Source: Actinomycetota bacterium
GTDB taxonomy: Bacteria > Actinomycetota > Actinomycetes > Nanopelagicales > Nanopelagicaceae
Direction: 5' to 3'
Assembly (NCBI GenBank): GCA_003151395.1
Contig: PLXJ01000039.1
Span: 56,969-120,968 of the forward strand
DNA length: 64,000 nt
In this document: positions 53,589 through 63,948 of the stretch, piece after piece
Layout: each line of letters begins with the position of its first letter
Numbering within the stretch: position 1 is the stretch's first letter
The notes under the pieces: generated by a model
Databases searched by the model: none
Told to the model about the DNA's origin: nothing
What the model saw: the letters and a program-made list of their open reading frames with translations, nothing else
Made by a program: the position numbers and the translations under genes

Positions 53589-55466
53589 TCAGGGGTGCGG
53601 TATCAACCAAATGGTCGCTAGTGGAGGAACGGCGATTACGGCGTGAGTCGGTAACCCTTTGTATTCGCCCTTAATTGTTTGAATATTGGTCGGTGCAACG
53701 CCCGAGCCACCGTATTTCAGATCATCGGTATTGAGCGCGAGAGTCCAACTGAAGTCACCTGGAAGTGGCAACGTATACCTTTCCTGCGGAACAGGTGAGA
53801 AATTTGTGACGCTGACGAGCGGATTTCCATCGTGGTCGAATCGAGCAAAGGCGACGACATTCGCCGCACCATCATCAACAACTAACCACTGAAAACCAGT
53901 TGGAGTGATATCTCGCTCCCAGAGTTCTGGGTGAATTTTGTAAGTTGAATTGAGATCTGCAACCGTCTTTTGAATCTGGTGATGTTCTTGGTACTCCGTC
54001 AAGTGCCAATCCAAAGATTTGGATGCATCCCATTCTTGGGATTGTGCAAACTCGCAACCCATAAAGAGCAATTTCTTGCCGGGATGCGCCCACATAAATC
54101 CATAGAGCGCGCGCAGATTTGCCAACTGCTGCCAGCGATCGCCGGGCATTTTTGCGATCATAGAGCCCTTGCCATGAACTACCTCATCATGTGAAAAAGG
54201 TAGGAGGTAATTTTCAGACCAGGCGTAGAGAATTGATTTGGTAATTTCATTGTGGTGGTACATGCGATGAATCGGATCCTCTTGAATATATTCAAGGGTG
54301 TCGTGCATCCAACCCATATTCCATTTAAACCCAAAACCAAGTCCACCTTGATCTGTTGAGCGAGTAACTCCCGGCCACGCCGTAGATTCTTCCGCGATAA
54401 TCATGCAACCTGGGACTTCGCGGTAACAGGTCGATGTGAGCTCCTGTAGAAACTTAACAGCTCCTAGATTTTCGCGACCACCAAAAACGTTCGGAATCCA
54501 TTCCCCTTCCTCACGTGAATAATCTAAGTAGAGCATCGAAGCGACCGCATCCACTCGAATTCCATCTATGTGAAATTCTTTTAGCCAATACAAAGCGCTG
54601 GCAACCAGGAAGTTACGAACCTCATTGCGGTCGTAATTGAAAATCAAAGTTCCCCAGTCTGGGTGTTCTCCCTGGCGGGGATCAGCATGTTCATACAATG
54701 CTGAACCATCAAATTGTGCGAGTGCCCATTGATCTTTTGGAAAGTGTGCAGGCACCCAGTCAACGATTACTCCAATGTCAGCCTGATGCAGACAATCGAT
54801 TAAATATCGGAGTTCGTCCGGTGAACCAAAGCGAGAGGTTGGAGCAAAAAACGAGGTTACTTGGTAACCCCAAGATGGACCATAGGGGTGTTCGCATACC
54901 GGCAAAAATTCAACGTGAGTAAAGCCCATTTCTTTCACATATGCGACTAATTCCGTTGCTAGATCCCGATAGGTCAATCCAGGTTTCCAGGAACCAATAT
55001 GGACTTCATATACCGATAGTGCTTCATCCCAAGGCTTCGCGGATGAGCGCTTGGTTAACCATTTCGAATCCTTAAACTCATAACGACTTTCTGTAACAAC
55101 CGAGGCGGTGTGAGGGGGATGTTCCGTTGCCCTCGCCATCGGATCAGCATGATCAATCCAGTTACCACCACGTCCAAGAATTGAATACTTGTACGGCGTA
55201 TCAGGTCCAACGCCCGGGGCAAAAAGTTGCCAGATTCCACTGTTACCTAAACTAACCATAGGGTGCGATTTTTTATCCCAGTAATTAAATGAGCCAATCA
55301 ATGCGACAGATCGCGCATTTGGGGCCCACACTGCGAAATTTGTACCGAGCAAATTTCCATCAGTTCCGCGACGAACTTGTGATCCGAGACTTTTCCAAAG
55401 CTCTTCGTGGCGGCCTTCGCCGATTAAATAGAGATCGAGTTCACCGATTCCATAATTATCACTCAC
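53589..55466 (-). CDS. glgB: 1,4-alpha-glucan branching enzyme GlgB (short form)
   Basis: GH13_9 blocks DWVPAHF, GIRVDAVASMLY, IAEEST and SHDEVVHGK. The likely start is the GTG at 55466, which overlaps the glgE stop as GTGA; the track ORF starts 63 nt further upstream inside glgE. Confidence 0.9.
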   Translation of the reverse strand: MSDNYGIGELDLYLIGEGRHEELWKSLGSQVRRGTDGNLLGTNFAVWAPNARSVALIGSFNYWDKKSHPMVSLGNSGIWQLFAPGVGPDTPYKYSILGRGGNWIDHADPMARATEHPPHTASVVTESRYEFKDSKWLTKRSSAKPWDEALSVYEVHIGSWKPGLTYRDLATELVAYVKEMGFTHVEFLPVCEHPYGPSWGYQVTSFFAPTSRFGSPDELRYLIDCLHQADIGVIVDWVPAHFPKDQWALAQFDGSALYEHADPRQGEHPDWGTLIFNYDRNEVRNFLVASALYWLKEFHIDGIRVDAVASMLYLDYSREEGEWIPNVFGGRENLGAVKFLQELTSTCYREVPGCMIIAEESTAWPGVTRSTDQGGLGFGFKWNMGWMHDTLEYIQEDPIHRMYHHNEITKSILYAWSENYLLPFSHDEVVHGKGSMIAKMPGDRWQQLANLRALYGFMWAHPGKKLLFMGCEFAQSQEWDASKSLDWHLTEYQEHHQIQKTVADLNSTYKIHPELWERDITPTGFQWLVVDDGAANVVAFARFDHDGNPLVSVTNFSPVPQERYTLPLPGDFSWTLALNTDDLKYGGSGVAPTNIQTIKGEYKGLPTHAVIAVPPLATIWLIPHP

Positions 55467-57178
55467 AGGGTCACCTTCAGAATATGGCCGACTGGGGTAC
55501 CGGGAGAAGCGGGATCGATTCGAATCCACGTATGCGGCGTGTACTCAAATGAGTGGCCGGTTATTAAATCAACGACATTGAAAGAGCGTTCCTCGATTCC
55601 AAGATCAAAGAAATTCCAATGAACGATCGTTTCCTGAGCATGAATTGGATCCAAATTAACAACGACCAGAATCAAATTTTCGCCGTCGCGCTTTGAATAC
55701 GCGATAATCTTTTCGGAATCGGTCTCATGGAATCGCAAATTGCGCAATCGCTGCAGCGCGCGATTTTGACGGCGAATTGAGTTAAGCAATCCAATGAAAG
55801 AGGCCAGAGTCGGCTTGGTCCAATCCCGAATTTTGATCTCATATTTTTCGGAGTCCAGATACTCTTCGGCGCCTTCGCGAATCGGAAGATGCTCATATAA
55901 CTCATAACCGGCATACATTCCCCACGATGGGGTCATTGTGGCTGCAAGTAGAGCACGCATCGCAAAGATAGGAGGAGCACCACTTTGAAGATGGAAGGGC
56001 AAAATGTCTGGGGTGTTAACCCAGAAATTAGGCCTAAAAAATGCGCTCGTGTCTTGGGCGACTTCGGTTCCATACGACATCAACTCATGCTTGGTCGTAC
56101 GCCAAGTGAAATAGGTATATGACTGTTGAAATCCAGCCTTGCCAAGCGCATGCATCATCGCAGGGCGGGTGAAAGCTTCTGAGAGAAATACAACATCTGG
56201 GTATTGGAGATTAATTTTGTTGATGAGTTCGTGCCAGAACTGCACCGGCTTAGTGTGGGGATTGTCTACGCGAAAGATTTTGACGCCTTTTGATATCCAG
56301 AGTTCCAGGATTCGATGGGACTCTTGGAGCATTCCCTCGTAATCCTTATCAAAGTTGATTGGATAGATGTCTTGATATTTTTTGGGCGGATTTTCGGCGT
56401 AAGCAATCGTGCCATCAGCTCGGATCGTGAACCACTCGCGATGGTCCTTTGCCCATGGGTGGTCAGGTGAGCATTGCAGCGCAAAGTCCAACGCAATTTC
56501 TATTTTGAGTTTAGCTGCCGCTTTAACGAAATGTTCAAAATCTTTCATCGTGCCAAGATCGGGATTGATACTGTCGTGACCACCATCCGCGTTACCAATC
56601 GCCCACGGAACGCCCGGGTCGGTTGGCGTTGGATTGAGCGTGTTGTTTCGCCCCTTGCGAAAGGCATATCCGATTGGATGGATAGGCGGTAGGTAGAGAA
56701 CATCAAAATTCATGTCGGCTACGCGTTGCAACGACTTTTCTGCAGTTTTAAAGGTTCCGGATTTGATCGAACCATCAGAACCTATCGTGGCGCCTTCACT
56801 GCGTGGAAAAAATTCGTACCAAGCTCCAACAAGCGCTCGTTCAGGTTCTGCGTAAATTGGAAAGAGCGGAGATCGGGACGATAACTTGCGATCGGGACTA
56901 AAAGCTTCAATCTGGAAATGCCAAACTCCAAGAGAGGTGGCGGACAAATTTGCCTCGTAACGATCAGTTCCTGGCCAGTACTCACGCATAGCAGTACGGG
57001 TTACCTCGACCCCCAGTGGATCTAGGAGTACTACTTCAACGATCAACCCATCATGACCTTCGCGAATTACCGTCGCCCGAATATTGATCGACTCTTTGGC
57101 AACTGCCTTAACCGGAATTAGTTCGCCCCCGTAATGCACCACAGGAGAGACATCGAAAATGGGGAAACGATTTTCCAT
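55463..57178 (-). CDS. glgE: Alpha-1,4-glucan:maltose-1-phosphate maltosyltransferase GlgE (short form)
   Basis: FPIFDVSPVV, VIREGHD, GAWYEFFPRSEG, YLPPIHPIG, FRVDNPHTKP and YLDSEKYE blocks match GlgE. 571 aa. Confidence 0.9.
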   Translation of the reverse strand: MENRFPIFDVSPVVHYGGELIPVKAVAKESINIRATVIREGHDGLIVEVVLLDPLGVEVTRTAMREYWPGTDRYEANLSATSLGVWHFQIEAFSPDRKLSSRSPLFPIYAEPERALVGAWYEFFPRSEGATIGSDGSIKSGTFKTAEKSLQRVADMNFDVLYLPPIHPIGYAFRKGRNNTLNPTPTDPGVPWAIGNADGGHDSINPDLGTMKDFEHFVKAAAKLKIEIALDFALQCSPDHPWAKDHREWFTIRADGTIAYAENPPKKYQDIYPINFDKDYEGMLQESHRILELWISKGVKIFRVDNPHTKPVQFWHELINKINLQYPDVVFLSEAFTRPAMMHALGKAGFQQSYTYFTWRTTKHELMSYGTEVAQDTSAFFRPNFWVNTPDILPFHLQSGAPPIFAMRALLAATMTPSWGMYAGYELYEHLPIREGAEEYLDSEKYEIKIRDWTKPTLASFIGLLNSIRRQNRALQRLRNLRFHETDSEKIIAYSKRDGENLILVVVNLDPIHAQETIVHWNFFDLGIEERSFNVVDLITGHSFEYTPHTWIRIDPASPGTPVGHILKVTL

Positions 57179-57187
57179 GCCGAAACC

Positions 57188-58615
57188 CTACCCGTTGAGG
57201 TTGGTCATCACGTGCTTGATGCGGGTGTAATCCTCAAACCCATAAGCAGATAAGTCTTTCCCGTATCCAGAGTGCTTGAACCCGCCATGCGGCATTTCGG
57301 AGACAAAAGGGATATGGGTATTTATCCAAACAACACCAAAATCAAGGGCTTTGGACATACGCATTGCCAGTCCGTGGTTAGAAGTCCATACGCTAGAAGC
57401 CAGACCATATGGAACTCCATTGGCGAAAGTCACTGCCTCTGTCTCGGTCTTAAATTTTTGAACAGTAATTACCGGCCCAAAGATTTCACTCTGCGCCATT
57501 TCGTCTTCCTGCTGCACACCGGCAACCACAGTCGGATTAAAGAAGTATCCCGCACGATCGACAACAGATCCTCCTGCAACTATTTCAGAATGCTTTGGAG
57601 CGCGATCGATAAATCCCTTAACACGGGCCAATTGACTTGCGTTATTGAGAGGTCCATAAAGCACATCTTCGCCAGGAGCACCGGTCTTTACTTGATTTGT
57701 AGCTTGATCTGCAAGGAGTGCAACAAACTTTTCATAAACCTTTTCTTCTACCAATACCCGAGTAGCCGCGGTGCAATCTTGACCAGCATTGAAGTATCCC
57801 GCTACCGCGATTGCTTCGGCCGCCGCCTCGAGGTTAGCGTCTGCGAAGACCACCACTGGTGCTTTGCCGCCGAGTTCAAGGTGAACGCGCTTTAGATCAT
57901 TACTCGCCGATTTTGCGACTTCCATACCGGCCCGAACTGAACCCGTAATTGAAACGATCGCTGGGATCTTGTGTTCGACCAGCAACCTTCCGGTATCGCG
58001 ATCACCAGTTACCACGTTGAATACGCCAGCAGGTAGAAATTCTGACATCACCTCTGCCATAAATATTGTCGATGCCGGGGTTGTATCGCTTGGTTTAAGA
58101 ACAACCGTGTTTCCAGCCGCAATAGCAGGAGCCCATTTCCAAACCGCCATCATCATTGGATAGTTCCAGGGTGTGACTTGCGCACAAACACCGATTGGTT
58201 CACGGCGAACAAATGAGGTCATTCCTCGCATATATTCACCGGCAGATTTGCCTTCAAGGTGACGAGCAGCTCCGGCAAAGAAACGAATTTCATCGATCAT
58301 TGGTGGAACTTCCTCCGAGAGCGTCAATCCGATTGGTTTGCCGGTATTTTCGGATTCGATAGCCACGATTTCCTCGGCACGTGACTCAAGGGCATCGGCG
58401 ATCTTTAATAGCGCTCGCTGACGTTCGGCAGGGGTAGTTTCGCGCCATTCTTGAAAGGCGTGCGCTGCGGCGTTGAGGGCTTGGTCTACATCTGACGCAT
58501 CGGATAACTGAGCGGATGCGTAGGCAGCGCCCGTAGAAGGATTGATGACTTCAGAGGTGGCACCAGACTGGGATTTCCTGGTTGAACCGGCGATAAAGTT
58601 GTTGAGGCTTTTCAT
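57188..58615 (-). CDS. NAD(P)-dependent aldehyde dehydrogenase
   Basis: 475 aa. Catalytic region ELGGKAP and GQDCTAATR. Typical of aminobutyraldehyde or betaine-aldehyde dehydrogenase-like enzymes. Confidence 0.85.
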   Translation of the reverse strand: MKSLNNFIAGSTRKSQSGATSEVINPSTGAAYASAQLSDASDVDQALNAAAHAFQEWRETTPAERQRALLKIADALESRAEEIVAIESENTGKPIGLTLSEEVPPMIDEIRFFAGAARHLEGKSAGEYMRGMTSFVRREPIGVCAQVTPWNYPMMMAVWKWAPAIAAGNTVVLKPSDTTPASTIFMAEVMSEFLPAGVFNVVTGDRDTGRLLVEHKIPAIVSITGSVRAGMEVAKSASNDLKRVHLELGGKAPVVVFADANLEAAAEAIAVAGYFNAGQDCTAATRVLVEEKVYEKFVALLADQATNQVKTGAPGEDVLYGPLNNASQLARVKGFIDRAPKHSEIVAGGSVVDRAGYFFNPTVVAGVQQEDEMAQSEIFGPVITVQKFKTETEAVTFANGVPYGLASSVWTSNHGLAMRMSKALDFGVVWINTHIPFVSEMPHGGFKHSGYGKDLSAYGFEDYTRIKHVMTNLNG

Positions 58616-58624
58616 GCCCCCACT

Positions 58625-59038
58625 CTAGACTGAACGGAAACGAACCCCCAAGAGGTACATCTTGCAGCCTAAACAATAACCAAAAGCCGAATTTAAGAAT
58701 GCGGCAAAGAGGGCAAAGGCCGTAGCAATAGTGAAAACCAGCCAAGTATGGGTGAGCACCCCAGCAGTTGCGACAAGAGCAAAAACAAAACCTACCAACT
58801 GCGCAAATTGCGGCGGCCGTACATCTTCAGAGTCAAAGTTTTTTGAGAGGCGAGGCTGCACAAATTTTTTATAGAGCCACGCATAGGGAGACTTTGGTGG
58901 ACCCGCGAAAGCACCGATTCCGAATTGAACGAGTTGGATAATTATGAGAACTGGTGAACGAGTGATCAAAGCGATAATCAACACAATTGAAGTCAGGCCC
59001 GCAGACCAACGAGGGCCTCTCGCATCAATCATTTGCAA
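58625..59038 (-). CDS. DUF4395-like small membrane protein
   Basis: 137 aa. N-terminal IDARGPRWSAGLT, then 3-4 hydrophobic helices, with a CLGC near the C-terminus. Sits next to a thioredoxin-like gene. Confidence 0.45.
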   Translation of the reverse strand: MQMIDARGPRWSAGLTSIVLIIALITRSPVLIIIQLVQFGIGAFAGPPKSPYAWLYKKFVQPRLSKNFDSEDVRPPQFAQLVGFVFALVATAGVLTHTWLVFTIATAFALFAAFLNSAFGYCLGCKMYLLGVRFRSV

Positions 59039-59051
59039 TTAAGTTGCTCCT

Positions 59052-59486
59052 CTAGATTCTCTCAAGGGCGGTAATAACTTGGTCGCGCTTTGGTGCTCCA
59101 ACTGCGCGCGCAATTTCCTTACCGACAGAATTTAAAAAAAGGGTGGTCGGAGTTTGACGAATATCTAGTCGGCGCACCAATTGCAAATTGCTTTCTGCAT
59201 CCACTTCAACATGTTTAATTTTTGGGTAATGCGAAATAACAGAAGCAAGCGTGCTACGCGTGGTACGGCATGGAGTACAGAAAGCACTTGAAAATTGCAG
59301 AACGGTGGCCGCTTCCCCAAGTTCTCCGCCAATTTCATCTGCAAGAATCTGGTGCCGTGAATCTACTTTGGGTTTAATTTTTCCGGTACGTTTGCGATCA
59401 AATATTCCGTAACCCGTCGCGATTATTAGCACTGCTACAACGATGATGGCGGAATTCATGGCGTTATTTTCACATTCAACCGTCAA
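59052..59486 (-). CDS. Membrane-anchored thioredoxin-family protein
   Basis: N-terminal TM helix (AIIVVAVLIIATGYG) and a CxxC motif (FCTPC). The start may be the internal ATG at 59459. Confidence 0.65.
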   Translation of the reverse strand: MTVECENNAMNSAIIVVAVLIIATGYGIFDRKRTGKIKPKVDSRHQILADEIGGELGEAATVLQFSSAFCTPCRTTRSTLASVISHYPKIKHVEVDAESNLQLVRRLDIRQTPTTLFLNSVGKEIARAVGAPKRDQVITALERI

Positions 59487-59563
59487 TTAACCTAAACGCG
59501 GACTATTTGCAGGAGCAACCCGTTGACGACGGCCTTAATTAAGAACAACTCCTTAGCGACTCT

Positions 59564-60451
59564 CTAGCGATTGATCGCTGGTCTCGACCCAACATGTGAC
59601 ACGCATTCCGCCGCAAGAGTTGCTCCGTGCTGAAGTGCCGCAATTAAGTCGGTGTCATCAGCCCAAGATTGAATAAAGCCCGCAGCAAAGGCATCGCCCG
59701 CGCCAGTGGTATCTACCACTTGCGCATCGACTGCCGGTATTTGAACGAGTGCACAACCGCGCGCCTGCGCAAGCGCACCGTTGCCACCTCTCTTGATAAC
59801 TACCAGCGGAGTCAATCTGAGCAACTCTGTTGCAGCATCTACTGGGTTCTGTTTGCCACTCAAAAAGTGCGCCTCCTCTTCATTTAGTACAACTACATCA
59901 ACCAGCGACAACCACTCGCGGACCTGATTTAAACCAACTTCTAGTAAAACCCCCACCGTAGAGGGATCAAATATGACTGGTAAACCGGCCGCTTTTACCG
60001 TTCGCAAAATATCCAGTGCACCATTTCGAGATCGCGGATTTACGAGGGGATATCCTGATAAATACACAGCCGTAAATCCATCCAAGGACGGTAAATCCGC
60101 CAAACTTAAACCTGAATTTGCACCCGAATCTGGAAACATCGTCCGCTCACCGAGCGCATCTACAAGCACAACCACAACGCCTGTATTGGCATCAGGAATT
60201 ACGGTATTGGAATGGGTAACACCATATCGATCGAGTTCTGCGAGAACAGTTCGGCCCGCAGCATCATCACCAACTCTTGCTACCAGGTGTGCCGGGGTTC
60301 CACTTACCGCCAACCACGAAGCAACATTCGCGGCCGCACCGCCGCCTTGTGTGGAGATGGCTGCTCGGGTTTCTACGCCCTGCCTTATGGGTGAGCCAAC
60401 TACTGCGGTGACATCAAGCATAATGTCGCCGAGACAAAGAATTCTTTTCAC
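59564..60451 (-). CDS. psuK: PfkB-family kinase (pseudouridine kinase-like by context)
   Basis: ILCLGDIMLDV and DTTGAGDAFAAGF motifs. Immediately downstream of psuG. Confidence 0.7.
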   Translation of the reverse strand: MKRILCLGDIMLDVTAVVGSPIRQGVETRAAISTQGGGAAANVASWLAVSGTPAHLVARVGDDAAGRTVLAELDRYGVTHSNTVIPDANTGVVVVLVDALGERTMFPDSGANSGLSLADLPSLDGFTAVYLSGYPLVNPRSRNGALDILRTVKAAGLPVIFDPSTVGVLLEVGLNQVREWLSLVDVVVLNEEEAHFLSGKQNPVDAATELLRLTPLVVIKRGGNGALAQARGCALVQIPAVDAQVVDTTGAGDAFAAGFIQSWADDTDLIAALQHGATLAAECVSHVGSRPAINR

Positions 60452-60465
60452 AGTGATGTTGCCAA

Positions 60466-61356
60466 CTAGTTGTTGAGAGCTATCGCGATCAACGCGGCCA
60501 GGTTTGCGTTAGCTTTGATGATGTCGATATTAACGCGCAAAGATTCGCCTTTGCTGTGAGTATGAAAATACTCAAGCAAGAAAGGTGTTACAGCCTTTCC
60601 CGTTACGTGATTAGAATCAGCGGCTTTCAATCCTGATTCCAAAATATCGTTGTGAAGTTTCAAATCCATCTGGTTTACTACTGGGTTAGCAATAACTACT
60701 GCGCGATCAGCCGTTTTCAGTTCAAAGCGGTTATGCCAGATTGCAGCAATCTCTGCGACGGAATCGACACGATGTTCGATCTCATATCCTGACTCGGTTA
60801 GGTAGAAACCCGGGAATTTAGTGGTTCCATATCCCAATACTGGAACCGCAAATGTTTCTAATCTTTCGAGGGTTCCCGGGACATCCAAAATCGATTTAAC
60901 CCCGGCGCAAACAATCACGATTGGTGTTTCGGCGAGCGCGATCAAGTCAGCAGATTCGTCATAGGTATGGCCGCGGTGCACACCGCCAAGACCACCAGTA
61001 GCAAATACCGAAATCCCGGCAAAGTGTGCGATATGAGCCGTGGCAGCTACCGTGGTCGCGGCAGATTTCTTGGTCGCCTCCACAATCGCCAGGTCACGTG
61101 TTGACGCCTTCACTACATTGTCATCATTAGCGATTCGATCCAATTGATCTGCCTCGAGGCCGACGTGAATAACTCCGTCAATAAGTGCGATCGTCGCAGG
61201 AACCGCCCCTGCCGCTCGAACAATTTCTTCAACTTCACGGGCGACCTCTAGGTTACGCGGACGGGGAAGCCCGTGACTAATAATCGTCGACTCTAAGGCG
61301 ACGATCGGCTTGTTAGCCCCCTCGGCCTCCCTTACTTCTGACGAAAATTTAATCAT
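60466..61356 (-). CDS. psuG: Pseudouridine-5'-phosphate glycosidase
   Basis: VALESTIISHGLPRP and FATGGLGGVHRG blocks. Start set at ATG 61356, which overlaps the MMPL stop as ATGATTAA. Confidence 0.9.
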   Translation of the reverse strand: MIKFSSEVREAEGANKPIVALESTIISHGLPRPRNLEVAREVEEIVRAAGAVPATIALIDGVIHVGLEADQLDRIANDDNVVKASTRDLAIVEATKKSAATTVAATAHIAHFAGISVFATGGLGGVHRGHTYDESADLIALAETPIVIVCAGVKSILDVPGTLERLETFAVPVLGYGTTKFPGFYLTESGYEIEHRVDSVAEIAAIWHNRFELKTADRAVVIANPVVNQMDLKLHNDILESGLKAADSNHVTGKAVTPFLLEYFHTHSKGESLRVNIDIIKANANLAALIAIALNN

Positions 61357-63550
61357 GCTGCAGTTTAGAAGGCCACCACACTTTTGGCCCAATACTGTGA
61401 ACCAGAGCCGGAACCAAAATCGATCGCACCAGCAAGGTATCCAGCAGAACACCGAAACCAACGGCAAATCCAATTTCGGCCAAGAAAACTAAGGGGAGAA
61501 TACTCAAGACGCTAAAAGTAGCGGCCAGTACGATTCCGGCGGAGGTGATAACACCGCCAGTAACTGTCACTCCCTTTGTCATACCAGCCCTCGTACCAAC
61601 TTTAAGGGTTTCTTCGCGAACGCGAGTCATCAAGAAAATGTTGTAATCAATTCCCAGCGCTACCAGGAAGACGAACGCAAAGAGTGGGAAGGAAGAGTCC
61701 TCTCCTGCGAAATGAAATATATGGTGAAAGACAATCGAGCAAGCGCCAAGAGTTGCGAGGTAGGAGATGACTACAGTGACTAGCAAGAGAAGTGAGGCTG
61801 CAATAGATCGAAGTAAAAGCGCCAAAATGATAGCGATCAATAATAAGATGATCGGAATAATTAACTTCTGATCATGCCTTGTTGCCCCATTGATATCGTT
61901 GTATACAGCGGATGTGCCGCCGACCAAAGCCGTCGGATCTATTTCTCGGACAGATGTACGAAGTGGAGGAATTAATTTAACCGCCGCGCCAGTATCTGGA
62001 CCGTACGCCAAAGTGACATTGAGCAATTCTTTTCCGTCGACTATTTTTGTTGCTGGAATTGGCTGTCCAGCAACTATAGGAGTAACGGTCTGTGGGACAA
62101 CCTGACTAATTCCATTTGTCGCTAACAACTGACTCGTGACTGCTTGAGCTTTATCAGCGCTGACAACGATCTGAGTAGGTTGGCCTTGTCCTCCTGGGAA
62201 ATAAGTAGTCAGTTGTTCTTGTCCTATGACTGAATCAGTTCGGGTCGTAAATGACTGTGCCGTAGACAGACCATTCGAATGCAAGGTTGCAGCGAAAGCC
62301 GCTAGAACAACAAGGATGAGAAGTGCTATAGACCAATATTTACGCGGGCTACGCTCTGTAGAGCGAGCAACTTTCGACCAAATTCCGGTTAACTTTTCAT
62401 CTTCGGTGTTGAACTTGGGACGCTTTGGCCAAAAAATCCATCTGCCGAAAATAACCAAGAGCGCCGGAAGCAAAGTCAAAATGGTGATCATGGCGCAAAC
62501 GATGCCAATGGCACCAATTGGTCCTAGGCCACGATTGTTCGTCAACTGCGATAACAAAAGAACAAGTAAACCCAGGGCCACGGTGGATCCAGAAGCAACT
62601 ATTGGTTCAACAACACCTCGCCAGGCAACCTTCATCGCCTGCGTGCGAGATTCATAATTGTGAAGTTCCTCGCGATATCGAGCGATCAGCAACAATGCGT
62701 AATCCGTTGCTGCACCAAGCACGAGAACCGAAAGAATGCCCTGCGATTGCCCATCCAAGGTTATGATGTTGTGTTTTGCAAGTTCGTAAATGACTCCCCC
62801 AGCAAGAGTCAGCGCAAAGCCTGCGGACATTAAGGGCAATATCCAAAGAAAGGGCGAGCGATACACGACGATCAAAATCAAAGCGATTACTGAACCTGTT
62901 ACGAGTAAGAGTGTGGAATCTAAACCGTTAAATGAGCTAAAGAGGTCAGCGAACAGCCCGCCGAGACCAGTCGTATGAGTAATGAATCCATTCGCCGTTG
63001 CGTACTGAGTTGCGTAATACCGGATGGTCGTCACAATCGCTGGAAGTACCGGCTTCTTATTGGGAAGGATGTCACCCGCAGAGCTCGAGTCCAGCGGAAT
63101 GTTCGCCAAAATTGCATCGTTCTTGGCGGAAGGAAAGGCAACAATCTGTGCACCAGTAGCTAAATATTTTGAAATTGATATCGATACCGGTTTGCCATCG
63201 GCACCAGCAATCAAATTACCTTTGGAATCTACCAAATCCTTATTTGCAAGTGCTTGGACGAATGCATTTGCAGAGAGAACTTTTGCCCCGTCAACCTTTC
63301 CCTCGAAAAGAATTAAGGTTGGAAATTGATTATTTGCTGAGTTGTTGGAGAATTTTAAGATCGCATCGGCGGCCCTTGATGACTCGGACCCAGCCGGCAA
63401 AAATTTGGAATTATCATTCTTTTGAACCGTGGACAGATTTCCAAATAGGGGTCCAGTCGCACTACTAATGACCAGCCAAATGATTGCAACTACGGAAGCG
63501 ACTAAAATCAGGCGGCGGTGTGATCGTTTCGCAGTATTTTGTTCAGGCAC
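61349..63550 (-). CDS. MMPL-family (RND superfamily) membrane transporter
   Basis: 733 aa with two 6-TM bundles, each preceded by an extracytoplasmic domain. GTG start with SD AAAGGGGA. Confidence 0.85.
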   Translation of the reverse strand: MPEQNTAKRSHRRLILVASVVAIIWLVISSATGPLFGNLSTVQKNDNSKFLPAGSESSRAADAILKFSNNSANNQFPTLILFEGKVDGAKVLSANAFVQALANKDLVDSKGNLIAGADGKPVSISISKYLATGAQIVAFPSAKNDAILANIPLDSSSAGDILPNKKPVLPAIVTTIRYYATQYATANGFITHTTGLGGLFADLFSSFNGLDSTLLLVTGSVIALILIVVYRSPFLWILPLMSAGFALTLAGGVIYELAKHNIITLDGQSQGILSVLVLGAATDYALLLIARYREELHNYESRTQAMKVAWRGVVEPIVASGSTVALGLLVLLLSQLTNNRGLGPIGAIGIVCAMITILTLLPALLVIFGRWIFWPKRPKFNTEDEKLTGIWSKVARSTERSPRKYWSIALLILVVLAAFAATLHSNGLSTAQSFTTRTDSVIGQEQLTTYFPGGQGQPTQIVVSADKAQAVTSQLLATNGISQVVPQTVTPIVAGQPIPATKIVDGKELLNVTLAYGPDTGAAVKLIPPLRTSVREIDPTALVGGTSAVYNDINGATRHDQKLIIPIILLLIAIILALLLRSIAASLLLLVTVVISYLATLGACSIVFHHIFHFAGEDSSFPLFAFVFLVALGIDYNIFLMTRVREETLKVGTRAGMTKGVTVTGGVITSAGIVLAATFSVLSILPLVFLAEIGFAVGFGVLLDTLLVRSILVPALVHSIGPKVWWPSKLQHD

Positions 63551-63596
63551 AAGAATCCCCTTTAGGTCGCCGGGTGGGTGCCTAAATCTTAAAGAA

Positions 63597-63657
63597 GGGT
63601 CATGAACGGTGCAATTTAGAGTCCCTCAACTCGCAGGCAATTCACCAAACATGACCC
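63597..63657 (-). promoter_or_regulatory. Long imperfect inverted repeat upstream of the MMPL gene
   Basis: GGGTCATGAACGGTG(C)AATT ... AATTCACCAAACATGACCC. Outer 8-bp and inner 4+4-bp pairings enclose 22 nt. Lies 47-107 nt upstream of the start. Confidence 0.35.
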
Positions 63658-63948
63658 TTTCTAGGCCAAAAATTCGCCGTGATCGTCGGGGGTATAGCAA
63701 CCACAGACAAAGTATTGCGAACTCGTATTACAACTGGCCTGTCCCGAAGGAAGTTCAACCAGTTGAAACTTAGCACCGTTCTTATTGATTAGCGCCGCCT
63801 ATAACGCAATAAAAGGATCTGTAAGAATTAATTGAGGAAGGTGAAAGTCATCTAGTAGGCCATTCGAGTTGATTTGATTGACAGTGAGTTCTCACTAGAC
63901 AAGAGTGCGAAATAGAAGGAGACAGATTGTTTCCTTGGAAGGATAGTC

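Noticed and set aside
57272-57895. 207-aa plus-strand ORF antisense to the aldehyde dehydrogenase gene. ORF 59973..60476(+), antisense to psuK, is a similar case.
   Set aside because: They are antisense shadows of strongly supported enzyme genes. No motifs are present.
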